Shown here one piece after another: positions 27,062-34,360 of a DNA stretch of 38,190 nt (its first letter is position 1; the number at the start of each line of letters is the position of its first letter). The position numbers and the translations under genes were made by a program. Source of the DNA: Candidatus Bipolaricaulota bacterium (GTDB lineage: Bacteria > Bipolaricaulota > Bipolaricaulia > RBG-16-55-9 > DRXL01); contig JAOAIA010000003.1 of assembly GCA_026414955.1 (NCBI GenBank), forward strand, positions 1 through 38,190. The letters are read 5' to 3'. The notes beneath the pieces were generated by a model. The model was not told the DNA's origin. It ran no database searches and saw nothing but the letters and a program-made list of their open reading frames with translations.

Positions 27062-27865
27062 ATGCCTGAGCTTCCCGAGGTCGAGACGCTTCGTCGTGCG
27101 TTAGCACAAGAACTTGAAGGGTGCACGCTTACGGCTTTAAAAATCTATGAGCCGCGGCTGCTCCAGAACGCCTCGGAGCAAGAGCTACAACGAGCGCTCG
27201 TGGGGCGTCGTCTGCGCGCGGTGAGGCGTCGCGCGAAGTGCTTGCTCTTCGATTTCGGAGAGCATACAGTGATCTTGCATCTGCGCATGACGGGCTGGCC
27301 CACGCTCAGCCCGATAGAGAACCCGCGCTTTGTTTTCGCGTTCGCTGGGAATAAGACTCTCTATCTTCACGACACGCGCCGGCTGGCGACGTTGCATCTT
27401 GTGCCGAGCGCGCGAGCCGATAAGCTGCCTCCCTTAGCAGGGTTGGGGATTGAGCCGTTCCAGCCAAGCTATAAGTTTGAGGACTTCGTCACGCTCTTAC
27501 AGACTGACCAAGAGATCAAGAAACTCTTGCTCGACCAGCGGAAGATCGCCGGGATCGGGAACATCTATGCGTGCGAGGCGCTCTTCGCTAGCAAGATTCA
27601 TCCGCAACGTCCGGCGCGCACCCTGGCGCGCTCCGAGGCGCGACGGCTCTTCGTGCAGATCGAAGAGATTCTCTCTCGCGCGATTGCGGAGCAAGGGACC
27701 TCTGTGAGGACATACCGAGTGCTGACGGGCGAGTCTGGAAATTTTCAGAATTTTTTGCGCGTCTATGATCGCGAGGGCGAGCCGTGCCTGCGCTGTCGCA
27801 CGCCCATCGTGCGCATTACTCAAGGCGGGCGTGGGACGTATCTCTGCCCGAAATGCCAAGCTTGA
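27062..27865 (+). CDS. mutM: Formamidopyrimidine-DNA glycosylase
   Basis: MPELPEVE, HLRMTG, LLDQRKIAGIGNIYACEALF, C-terminal CxxC...CPKCQ zinc finger. Confidence 0.97.
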   Translation: MPELPEVETLRRALAQELEGCTLTALKIYEPRLLQNASEQELQRALVGRRLRAVRRRAKCLLFDFGEHTVILHLRMTGWPTLSPIENPRFVFAFAGNKTLYLHDTRRLATLHLVPSARADKLPPLAGLGIEPFQPSYKFEDFVTLLQTDQEIKKLLLDQRKIAGIGNIYACEALFASKIHPQRPARTLARSEARRLFVQIEEILSRAIAEQGTSVRTYRVLTGESGNFQNFLRVYDREGEPCLRCRTPIVRITQGGRGTYLCPKCQA

Positions 27866-27889
27866 CTTTCGGTACGAAGATGCTAAACT
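27862..27889 (+). promoter_or_regulatory. TA-operon promoter with palindromic putative operator
   Basis: TTGACT(27862)-16-TAAACT(27884) with TG extension; TTCG-GTA-CGAA palindrome in the spacer. Confidence 0.6.
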
Positions 27890-27918
27890 GTTATGACGCA
27901 TCTGAGAAGGAGATGTCT

Positions 27919-28176
27919 ATGCCAGTAGTGAAGATCAGCACAAACCGTCGCGTGACGATCCCTAAAGCGATTTGCGATGTGCTAGGGTTACGTGAAGGGC
28001 AGTTTGTCGAGGTCACGCGTAGAAACGGTGTTATCGTGATCAAGCCTACAGATATCGCTGAACCTGACGACATTCTCACCCCTGCCGATAAAGCCTCCCT
28101 GAGACGCGGCTTAGCTCAAGTCAAGCGCGGCGAAAGCATTCCCTGGGATGAAGTGAAAAAGCGATTGAAGCTCTAA
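27919..28176 (+). CDS. AbrB/MazE/SpoVT-fold antitoxin
   Basis: VKISTNRRVTIPKAICDVLGLREGQFVEV...IVIKP swapped-hairpin signature; RBS AAGGAG 6 nt before ATG 27919. Confidence 0.88.
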   Translation: MPVVKISTNRRVTIPKAICDVLGLREGQFVEVTRRNGVIVIKPTDIAEPDDILTPADKASLRRGLAQVKRGESIPWDEVKKRLKL

Positions 28177-28194
28177 CTTCTTCTTCCATTATGT

Positions 28195-28461
28195 ATGTCC
28201 TGGACTGTTGGGTTTACCCCGGAAGCGTATAAAGAATTCCAGCACTTCCCGCGCGATCAACAGCAGATGATCCAACGGGCTATTGACCGAATGCGTAACG
28301 ACCCTTTTCAAGGCAACGTGAGGCCTCTCAAAGGGAAGGAATGGAAGGGGCTATACCGTAAGGTCATCGGGCGGTATCGGCTCTTCTTTCTTCCGATCTT
28401 CAGCAGACGGCACGTCGAGATCATCACCATCCGCCCACGTACTGAGAAGACCTATCGGTGA
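28195..28461 (+). CDS. RelE/ParE-family toxin
   Basis: WTVGFTPEAYKEF...DPFQGNVRPLKG...YRKVIGRYRLFF...IRPRTEKTYR; 88 aa, basic, follows the antitoxin. Confidence 0.9.
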   Translation: MSWTVGFTPEAYKEFQHFPRDQQQMIQRAIDRMRNDPFQGNVRPLKGKEWKGLYRKVIGRYRLFFLPIFSRRHVEIITIRPRTEKTYR

Positions 28462-28471
28462 CAAGCTTGGC

Positions 28472-30631
28472 TCATGTTCCCTTCCTCGACTGCTGACCCT
28501 TCGGCCTCAAATCCACATAGAGAATATTTCCACATGCTGTCACGGCGTTGCTCGCGGGCACGTCATACTCCGCGAGAGTGCTGCCATCGGGGAGCGTCAC
28601 GCGGAGGCGCTGCGCTCCAGCACTGTTATTAGTGTAGACCAAGCAGCCATCAGTGCCGTGCTCGCTCCGCGCCCACGCCGACGGATTGGCAAACTCGAGC
28701 TTGCTGAAGAAGAGCGTGACCAACTCTCCCGTCGGGACACTCTCAGTGATCACAATCTCGACGGGCACGGTGAACGGGCTGTTCTGCGCGTTCTCAGCCG
28801 TGATCACAATCGCGCTCTCATGGGTCCCCGCAGCCAGCCCAGCGATATCGAGGCTGACTTGCACAAGTGCCCGCCCAACTCCTTGAATCGAGGAAAGCTT
28901 CACGAAATCCGACTGGGCTTGCGCCGTCCAGGCGAAATCTCCCTCCCCTACGTTCGTGATCTCCAGAAGCCGCGGAGCCGGAGCTGGGCCGTTCGCTTGT
29001 GCGACAAACTTGAGCTTCTCCGGGAAGGCCGCAATCGTCACTGCGGCGGGCTTCTCTTCTTTGAGCGGCTCACCTAACGCAATGCGCCCGGCCCCGTAGG
29101 TGTTATCCGGGCCGTCGTCGCCGCGATCTACGGCGCGCGAGGCGAGAAAGGCCGCGATCTCCTTGGGGCTCCAGTTGGGCCGAGCGCTCTTGACGAGCGC
29201 CGCAGTGCCAGCAAGGTGTGGGCTGGCTGCTGAGGTTCCAAAGAACGGCCGAAACGTCGAGGTGCGCACGCCGTCGGGGGCAGTGAAATCGGGCTTGATC
29301 CTCCCGTCTTTCGTCGGCCCGCGCGAGCTGTAGCGTCGCACGGAATCGCCGCGAAAATCTACGGCACCAACGCTGTAAGCACTGGGGGAGATCGCTGGCT
29401 CGAAGATCCCAATGCTCCCTGTGAAGACCATATACTCCGGTTCGACGTCTATGACCGAGACGTCGAGCTGTGCTGTGGGCCTGGTCGCGGTGCGCTGGCG
29501 AATCTTTAAGTGATATCTCCCGGAATCGCGTGCCGTGAAGAAGAGCAAGCGCGAAGGCCAGCCGGAACGCAGTTGGCCGCCGCTGGAGCGCCGACGATCG
29601 GCGTCATCGAAGAGCATGAGTTCATAATTCTCCGTAGCGCGCCCGCACTTGTCCTCCCAACTGAGCACCGCGATCACAGTCTCGTCGGCATCGACCTCGA
29701 AGGAAAGCCCTTCATCATCCCCTAAGAAGTTATGGAACCCATCTTTATCTGGGTCGTCGAAGATCCCCTCCCAATGCTCCGTGCCGTGATTCCCCACAGA
29801 GACGGCCCAGAAGATCCCAGCGTCGCGCGCTCGCTTGACAATAGGCTCAATAAGCCCCGTGCCCTCCCAGGGGCAGCCCGTCCCCAAGAAATTAAACGAC
29901 GTATTGATCACGTGCACGCCCTCGGAGATCAGAAAGTCTACGGCACGCCCGAGCTGGACATCGGTGTCAAAATTGACCAAATAGAACGTCGCTTCTGGGG
30001 CAAAATCGTAGACGATCTCCGCGACGGCAGTGCCGTGGCGCTCATCGGCTTCGATGTCCTCGTCACGGTTGAACGAGCGCACGATGACGCGCTCCGCTGG
30101 GGGCAGCTCACTCCCTAACAGCCTTTGGTAGCCCCTGAATCCTGCGTCTATGATGGCGACTTTCACCCCTTGGCCCTTGATCCCCGCCTCGTGCCAGAAG
30201 TTCGCCCCGATCACACGCACGCCCTCGCTAACGGTGTTGCCCTGCTCCCAGACGGGCACGAACGGCGTGCGCACCCAGGAGACAGCACTGAGCCCGGCAA
30301 GCGCAGTCACAGCTTGTATGGGCACAAATGCTTGGATAAGATTGTCATAGACAGCCTCGACGTGCCCGCCGAGCGCCGCCACGCGCGCTTGAATATCCTT
30401 TACTTCAGAGACTCTCGTCGCTTCGAGCACGATGCGCACTCTTCCAGCTTTGAGGTCTTCGGGCTTATTGGCGGGCAGCGAGGGAGGCTCTAAGCCCGAC
30501 TCGAACGCTATCAGGCTTTCGGCGAGTAAGTCTTGGATCTTCTGCGCACGCACGTCTTGGGCCTTTGGGCTTGTGGACACGACGACCGACACCGCGATGA
30601 GTAAGACTCCGAGGACAAGTAGCTTTCTCAT
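28472..30631 (-). CDS. Secreted S8 (subtilisin-like) serine protease with propeptide and BACON-like domain
   Basis: Signal peptide; triad AIIDAG, HGTAVAE, GTSAASPH; oxyanion SVGN; YSSRGPTKDGRIKPD; C-terminal ITNVGEGDFAWTA BACON-like module. ATG 30631 preferred from RBS spacing. Confidence 0.93.
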   Translation of the reverse strand: MRKLLVLGVLLIAVSVVVSTSPKAQDVRAQKIQDLLAESLIAFESGLEPPSLPANKPEDLKAGRVRIVLEATRVSEVKDIQARVAALGGHVEAVYDNLIQAFVPIQAVTALAGLSAVSWVRTPFVPVWEQGNTVSEGVRVIGANFWHEAGIKGQGVKVAIIDAGFRGYQRLLGSELPPAERVIVRSFNRDEDIEADERHGTAVAEIVYDFAPEATFYLVNFDTDVQLGRAVDFLISEGVHVINTSFNFLGTGCPWEGTGLIEPIVKRARDAGIFWAVSVGNHGTEHWEGIFDDPDKDGFHNFLGDDEGLSFEVDADETVIAVLSWEDKCGRATENYELMLFDDADRRRSSGGQLRSGWPSRLLFFTARDSGRYHLKIRQRTATRPTAQLDVSVIDVEPEYMVFTGSIGIFEPAISPSAYSVGAVDFRGDSVRRYSSRGPTKDGRIKPDFTAPDGVRTSTFRPFFGTSAASPHLAGTAALVKSARPNWSPKEIAAFLASRAVDRGDDGPDNTYGAGRIALGEPLKEEKPAAVTIAAFPEKLKFVAQANGPAPAPRLLEITNVGEGDFAWTAQAQSDFVKLSSIQGVGRALVQVSLDIAGLAAGTHESAIVITAENAQNSPFTVPVEIVITESVPTGELVTLFFSKLEFANPSAWARSEHGTDGCLVYTNNSAGAQRLRVTLPDGSTLAEYDVPASNAVTACGNILYVDLRPKGQQSRKGT

Positions 30632-30666
30632 GCTCTTCAACCCCTTCTCAGTAAAAATTCTCCGCT

Positions 30667-30697
30667 ATTATACCAAATTGCTGGGGCGCTCTGACAA
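30667..30697 (-). promoter_or_regulatory. Extended -10 promoter for the S8 protease
   Basis: TG-G-TATAAT (30675-30667); TTGTCA 19 nt upstream of the -10 hexamer. Confidence 0.55.
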
Positions 30698-30760
30698 TAG
30701 TGCCTGAAAAATAGAGAAAGCGTGCTGAAGCACGCTGGACAGCCGGCTTGTGCTTCCCAG

Positions 30761-31204
30761 TTATCTATCGGGCCTGGGTCGCACCGGCAGCCGAATAAAC
30801 TCAATATGCGGATGCTTCGCCAGCTTAAGCAGCGCCTTGAGGGGGACGAGCGCCTGGAGCTGATTCTCGTAGTCCGTCTCTACGGTGCCGTCGAGCGCTT
30901 CAACGGCCCAACGCAACTCCTCTAATGCTTCAACGTGAGTCGCTTCGATCACGACGACGACCTTGCCGTCCTTGAAGTCTTGCTCAAAACCGTGCTCCTT
31001 CGCGAACGCTGCGGGATCGGCAGCAGAGACGAGAGAGACGAGGTGCTCTTGGAGCTTGGGGTAGTCATCAGGGTTGAGGGTCACAGGTGGCTCCGGTTTG
31101 GTATATGTCGGTGGTGAACTGGGTTGCGTCGAGATATACCAGAATGCTCCGACAATCAACACGAGCACGACCAACGCTGTGAAAAACCCCAGCGTCTTCT
31201 GCAT
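30761..31204 (-). CDS. Membrane-anchored stand-alone subtilase-propeptide-like protein (147 aa)
   Basis: N-terminal TM, Pro-rich linker, then a domain that aligns by eye with the adjacent S8 prodomain; RBS AAAGGAG. Confidence 0.85.
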   Translation of the reverse strand: MQKTLGFFTALVVLVLIVGAFWYISTQPSSPPTYTKPEPPVTLNPDDYPKLQEHLVSLVSAADPAAFAKEHGFEQDFKDGKVVVVIEATHVEALEELRWAVEALDGTVETDYENQLQALVPLKALLKLAKHPHIEFIRLPVRPRPDR

Positions 31205-31224
31205 GGTGACTCCTTTCTGAGCTG

Positions 31225-31254
31225 CCCCCTTCCCAACGCAGGGCAGGGGTTAGG
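31225..31254. repeat. Short G/C palindrome overlapping the nfeD stop
   Basis: CCCCCTTCCC-AACGCA-GGGCAGGGG-TTAGG imperfect inverted repeat. Confidence 0.45.
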
Positions 31255-32563
31255 TCCTTCGCACGATGAGCTTGCCGTTCTCAATGCGCTCGACGCGCAC
31301 AGACTCGCCGGGCTTGATCGGCTTGTCTACCGCTACTGCGAGCCAATACTCCCCCTGGACGAAGACCATCCCCGTTGGGTTCAGCTCGTCGCGTGCTGTG
31401 CCCACCGCGCCGATCATCCCCTCTTTCCCCGTCGCAATGGGCTTGCGCTGAATGAGCAAGCCCTTCGTGACCATAAATACGAAGAGTGCCGTGATCGTCC
31501 CTACGGTCACAAAGATATTAATGGGAGAGATGCTGAGCGCGGGGGCCTCGAAGCTCTCGATATCAAACAGCATAAACGACCCGATCAAGAGCGAGATCAC
31601 CCCGCCAATCGTGAGTGCTAAGTGTGTCGAGGCAAAGATATCAATCACCATCAAGGTTGCTCCCAGGAGGATGAACGCTAGCCCCGCAACGTTGAGCGGC
31701 AAGACCTGCAAGCCCAGCAGGGCTAGCAGCAGACAGATCGCACCGCCAATGCCGACGCCAAAGCCGGGGGTGAAGAACTCCGCAATGAGCGCGTAAATCC
31801 CGATGGTCAAGAGCAAGTAGACGACGTTGGGATCGGCTAAGTAACTCATGACTTGCTCTTTGAAGTTACGCTCGTAAGTTGTGAGGGGCACCCCAGACGT
31901 TCGCAAGCGGATCGTCTGGCCGTCGCGCTGCAACTCATAGCCATCAAGACGAGCCAGCAGCTCCTCACGGCTGTTGGCGATCAGATTGATGATATTATTC
32001 TCTAAGGCTTCGCGAGCTGTGAGCGACTTGCCCTCGAACACGAACTTTTCCGCCCACTCTTTGGAGCGCCCGCGCTTCTCGGCGATCTTGCGCGCTTCGG
32101 AAGCGACGAACTCCACGATCTTCTTGCGGGCGGAGTCGTCTTCATCAGGCTGCTGGCCCTCGCTGGGGGCCAGCGAGACGGGAGTCGAAGAGCCGATATT
32201 GGTGCCCTCGGCCATCGCAGCGATATCCGCGGCCATCGTGATAAACGCGCCCGCAGATGCTGCGCGTGCTCCCCCCGGCCCCACCCAGACTACTATCGGG
32301 ATGGGGGAGTTCAAGATCGCGCTGACCATGTCTTTGGTAGATTCTAAAAGCCCGCCGGGGGTGTCCAAGCGAATGATCAAGAGCGAAGCAGCGTCGCGGT
32401 GCGCTTCGCTGATGACGCGCAGCAGAAAGTCTTTGGTGATGGGATTGATCGAGCTAGCAAGTTCGGTATAGGCGATCAATGGAGCAGTAGCTTGAGGCTG
32501 GCCCACTGTGAGAGCCGCTCCCAAGCCGAGCGAGAAGATCGCAATTGTCCATCGGTGGCGCAT
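31250..32563 (-). CDS. nfeD: NfeD-family membrane-bound serine protease (long form, ClpP-like domain)
   Basis: LDTPGG, GARAASAG (catalytic Ser), GTNIGS, TM bundle, C-terminal OB-fold (TGKEGMIG...GMVFVQGEYWLA). Confidence 0.93.
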   Translation of the reverse strand: MRHRWTIAIFSLGLGAALTVGQPQATAPLIAYTELASSINPITKDFLLRVISEAHRDAASLLIIRLDTPGGLLESTKDMVSAILNSPIPIVVWVGPGGARAASAGAFITMAADIAAMAEGTNIGSSTPVSLAPSEGQQPDEDDSARKKIVEFVASEARKIAEKRGRSKEWAEKFVFEGKSLTAREALENNIINLIANSREELLARLDGYELQRDGQTIRLRTSGVPLTTYERNFKEQVMSYLADPNVVYLLLTIGIYALIAEFFTPGFGVGIGGAICLLLALLGLQVLPLNVAGLAFILLGATLMVIDIFASTHLALTIGGVISLLIGSFMLFDIESFEAPALSISPINIFVTVGTITALFVFMVTKGLLIQRKPIATGKEGMIGAVGTARDELNPTGMVFVQGEYWLAVAVDKPIKPGESVRVERIENGKLIVRRT

Positions 32564-32567
32564 AGAC

Positions 32568-32926
32568 TGGTGGAGGTGGCGGGAATCGAACCCGCGTCCG
32601 GAGATGCTTTCGTTTGGCTTCTACAGGCTTAGTCCGGTGTTTTCGTTTAAGATCGGCCGCTCCCACCGAACAGGATCGTCCGATCCGAGCCCCATTTGAA
32701 GATTCCCACGCGCCCCGGAGCCGCGCGCGCGGTCAGCCCGTCTCGTCGGTCCCTCATGCGAGCCGACGGGCTAAGCCCTCATGAGAGATGCCTCTCTCTA
32801 GTTCAGAGAGGCAGTGGCGTAAGCAAAAGAGTTGGCACTTCTGGTGCCTTCGACCGTTTTTGGGAGGTGGCCGCAACTCCGCCTGCGACCGCCCTGCCGC
32901 ATCCCCGTCGAATCCAGTGCACCCCC
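32568..32926 (-). ncRNA. ssrA: tmRNA
   Basis: 5' GGGGGUGCACUGGAUUCGAC; 3' GACGCGGGUUCGAUUCCCGCCACCUCCACCA; acceptor stem with G3.U alanine identity pair; 359 nt; internal tag ORF at 32836-32798. Confidence 0.97.
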
Positions 32927-32959
32927 ATCTGTCAAAGACCATGCGCGCTGCGCATTCTT

Positions 32960-32987
32960 ATTATAGCAAAGAGTCGTGAGGTTTCAA
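32960..32987 (-). promoter_or_regulatory. ssrA promoter
   Basis: TTGAAA(32987-32982)-16-TATAAT(32965-32960) with TG extension. Confidence 0.75.
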
Positions 32988-32990
32988 AAT

Positions 32991-33127
32991 GCAGCGAGCA
33001 GGGTATTCATCGCAATTTCCCCCTGGTTGTAAACCTCTCTTGTCTTGCGCGCGTTCCCGTCCCCGCCTGGGATGATGATCCTGCGCACGGCTAAGGATTC
33101 TGAGGTACGGCAAGTCCCCGACGCTGC
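32991..33127 (+). ncRNA. Candidate structured non-coding RNA (long irregular hairpin)
   Basis: Nested pairings GCAGCG/CGCUGC, GUUGUA/UACGGC, CCUC/GAGG, UCUU/AAGG, GUC/GGC, UGCGC/GCGCA, GUCCC/GGGAU; no credible ORF. Confidence 0.4.
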
Positions 33128-33189
33128 GCGAGCTATAATGCTGAGTTTGCATAGCTGTCACCCTCAGCTTAAAATAAAATCGTTCATCT

Positions 33190-34281
33190 CTACAGCTCTT
33201 CCTCCAGTTGTTTCAGCAACTCCTGCGCCCGGCGCGATAAGCCCTTGGGGACTTGAACTTTCACCGTAACGTATTGGTCGCCCTTGCCCCAGCCCTGCAA
33301 GTGCGGAATCCCCTTCCCAGAGAGCTTAAATCGCTCTCCCGCTTGCGTCCCCGCTGGGATCGTCAGCTCTTCTTCGCCGTAGAGCGTGGGAACTTTGACG
33401 CGCGCCCCAAGAGCAGCTTGCGTGAACTTAATCGGCAGCTCAACGTAAATATCGTCGCCCTGGCGCTGAAAGATCGGATGCGGACGTACTTCGACGGTGA
33501 TATAGAGATCACCCGGCGACCCCCCTTCCAGTCCGGCATTGCCCTCGCCTGCTAGGCGCAACCGAGACCCCGTATCTACCCCCGGCGGAATCTTCACCGA
33601 TAATTGGCTCTCCGTCTTCACTCGCCCAGAGCCGTGACACCGCCGACATGGGTGCTCTATGATCTCGCCCGTGCCGCCGCAGCGCCCGCACGTGCGAATG
33701 TTCACAAAGCTCCCCAAGAGCGTCTGCTGACGGTATTGAATCTCCCCGCGCCCACGACAATCCGGGCAGACCGTGCGCTGCGTCCCCGGCTCAACCCCCG
33801 TCCCCCTGCAGACGTCACAGACAGTGTATCTGGGCACGGTGAGCTTCATCTGGGCTCCAAACGCTGCGTCTTCGAGATTAATTCTCAAACGATACTCCAA
33901 GTCTTCGCCGCGTTGGGCGCGGCTGCGCCGCCGGTCGCGCGTGGTGCGTGTGCGCAGCCCCTCGCCAAAGAACATATCGAAAATATCTTCCCACGCCGAG
34001 CCGAACCCGAACTCCTCAAACGCCTCGCGTGCCCGACGGAAATCGCGCAGATCAAAGTCGAAGCGTTGCTCCGGCCCGACATGCCCGAAGCGATCATACT
34101 GGGCGCGCTTGTCGGGATCGCTCAGGACTTCATAGGCTTCGGCAGCTTCTTTGAACTTTTCTGGGTCGCCGCCCTTGTCAGGATGATATTTCTTTGCAAG
34201 CTGCCGAAACGCTTTCTTGATCTCGTCTTGTGAGGCATCCCGCGAGACGCCTAAGATCTCGTAGTAGTCCTTCCTAGCCAT
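33190..34281 (-). CDS. dnaJ: Chaperone DnaJ
   Basis: J-domain DYYEILGV...HPD, four CxxCxGxG repeats, C-terminal domain. Confidence 0.98.
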   Translation of the reverse strand: MARKDYYEILGVSRDASQDEIKKAFRQLAKKYHPDKGGDPEKFKEAAEAYEVLSDPDKRAQYDRFGHVGPEQRFDFDLRDFRRAREAFEEFGFGSAWEDIFDMFFGEGLRTRTTRDRRRSRAQRGEDLEYRLRINLEDAAFGAQMKLTVPRYTVCDVCRGTGVEPGTQRTVCPDCRGRGEIQYRQQTLLGSFVNIRTCGRCGGTGEIIEHPCRRCHGSGRVKTESQLSVKIPPGVDTGSRLRLAGEGNAGLEGGSPGDLYITVEVRPHPIFQRQGDDIYVELPIKFTQAALGARVKVPTLYGEEELTIPAGTQAGERFKLSGKGIPHLQGWGKGDQYVTVKVQVPKGLSRRAQELLKQLEEEL

Positions 34282-34297
34282 GAGAGCTCCCCATTGG

Positions 34298-34360
34298 AAT
34301 CACGGAGCACACGGACAGAGCCACGGATTACACGGAGACGATCACTTCCGTGCCGTGATT
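34298..34360. repeat. CACGGA-repeat palindromic element between dnaK and dnaJ
   Basis: CACGGA at 34301, 34310, 34322, 34331; inverted TCCGTG/CCGTG at 34347 and 34353; terminal inverted repeat AATCACGG/CCGTGATT. Confidence 0.7.

Noticed and set aside
27784-27918. Longer 130-aa version of the antitoxin
   Set aside because: It overlaps mutM and the TA promoter; the RBS supports ATG 27919.
27866-32567. Genomic island integrated at ssrA (TA pair and proteases as cargo)
   Set aside because: No integrase, and I could not find a duplicated ssrA 3' end (att site) by eye; an old island cannot be excluded.
32568-32620. tRNA-like sequence (T-arm GGTTCGATTCCC plus CCA)
   Set aside because: It is the 3' tRNA-like domain of tmRNA, pairing with the 5' end at 32926; there is no anticodon arm.
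33060-33085. ZTP or fluoride riboswitch suggested by CCGCCTGGG and GGGATGATG
   Set aside because: The other required conserved elements are missing and no gene lies downstream in the sense orientation.
32399-33161. Short ORFs across the tmRNA and adjacent intergenic region
   Set aside because: They overlap the structural RNA, lack RBS and have no protein-like features.
34298-34360. Mini CRISPR array
   Set aside because: Units are 6 bp with 3-6 bp spacing and there are no cas genes; no CRISPR array was seen anywhere in the window.
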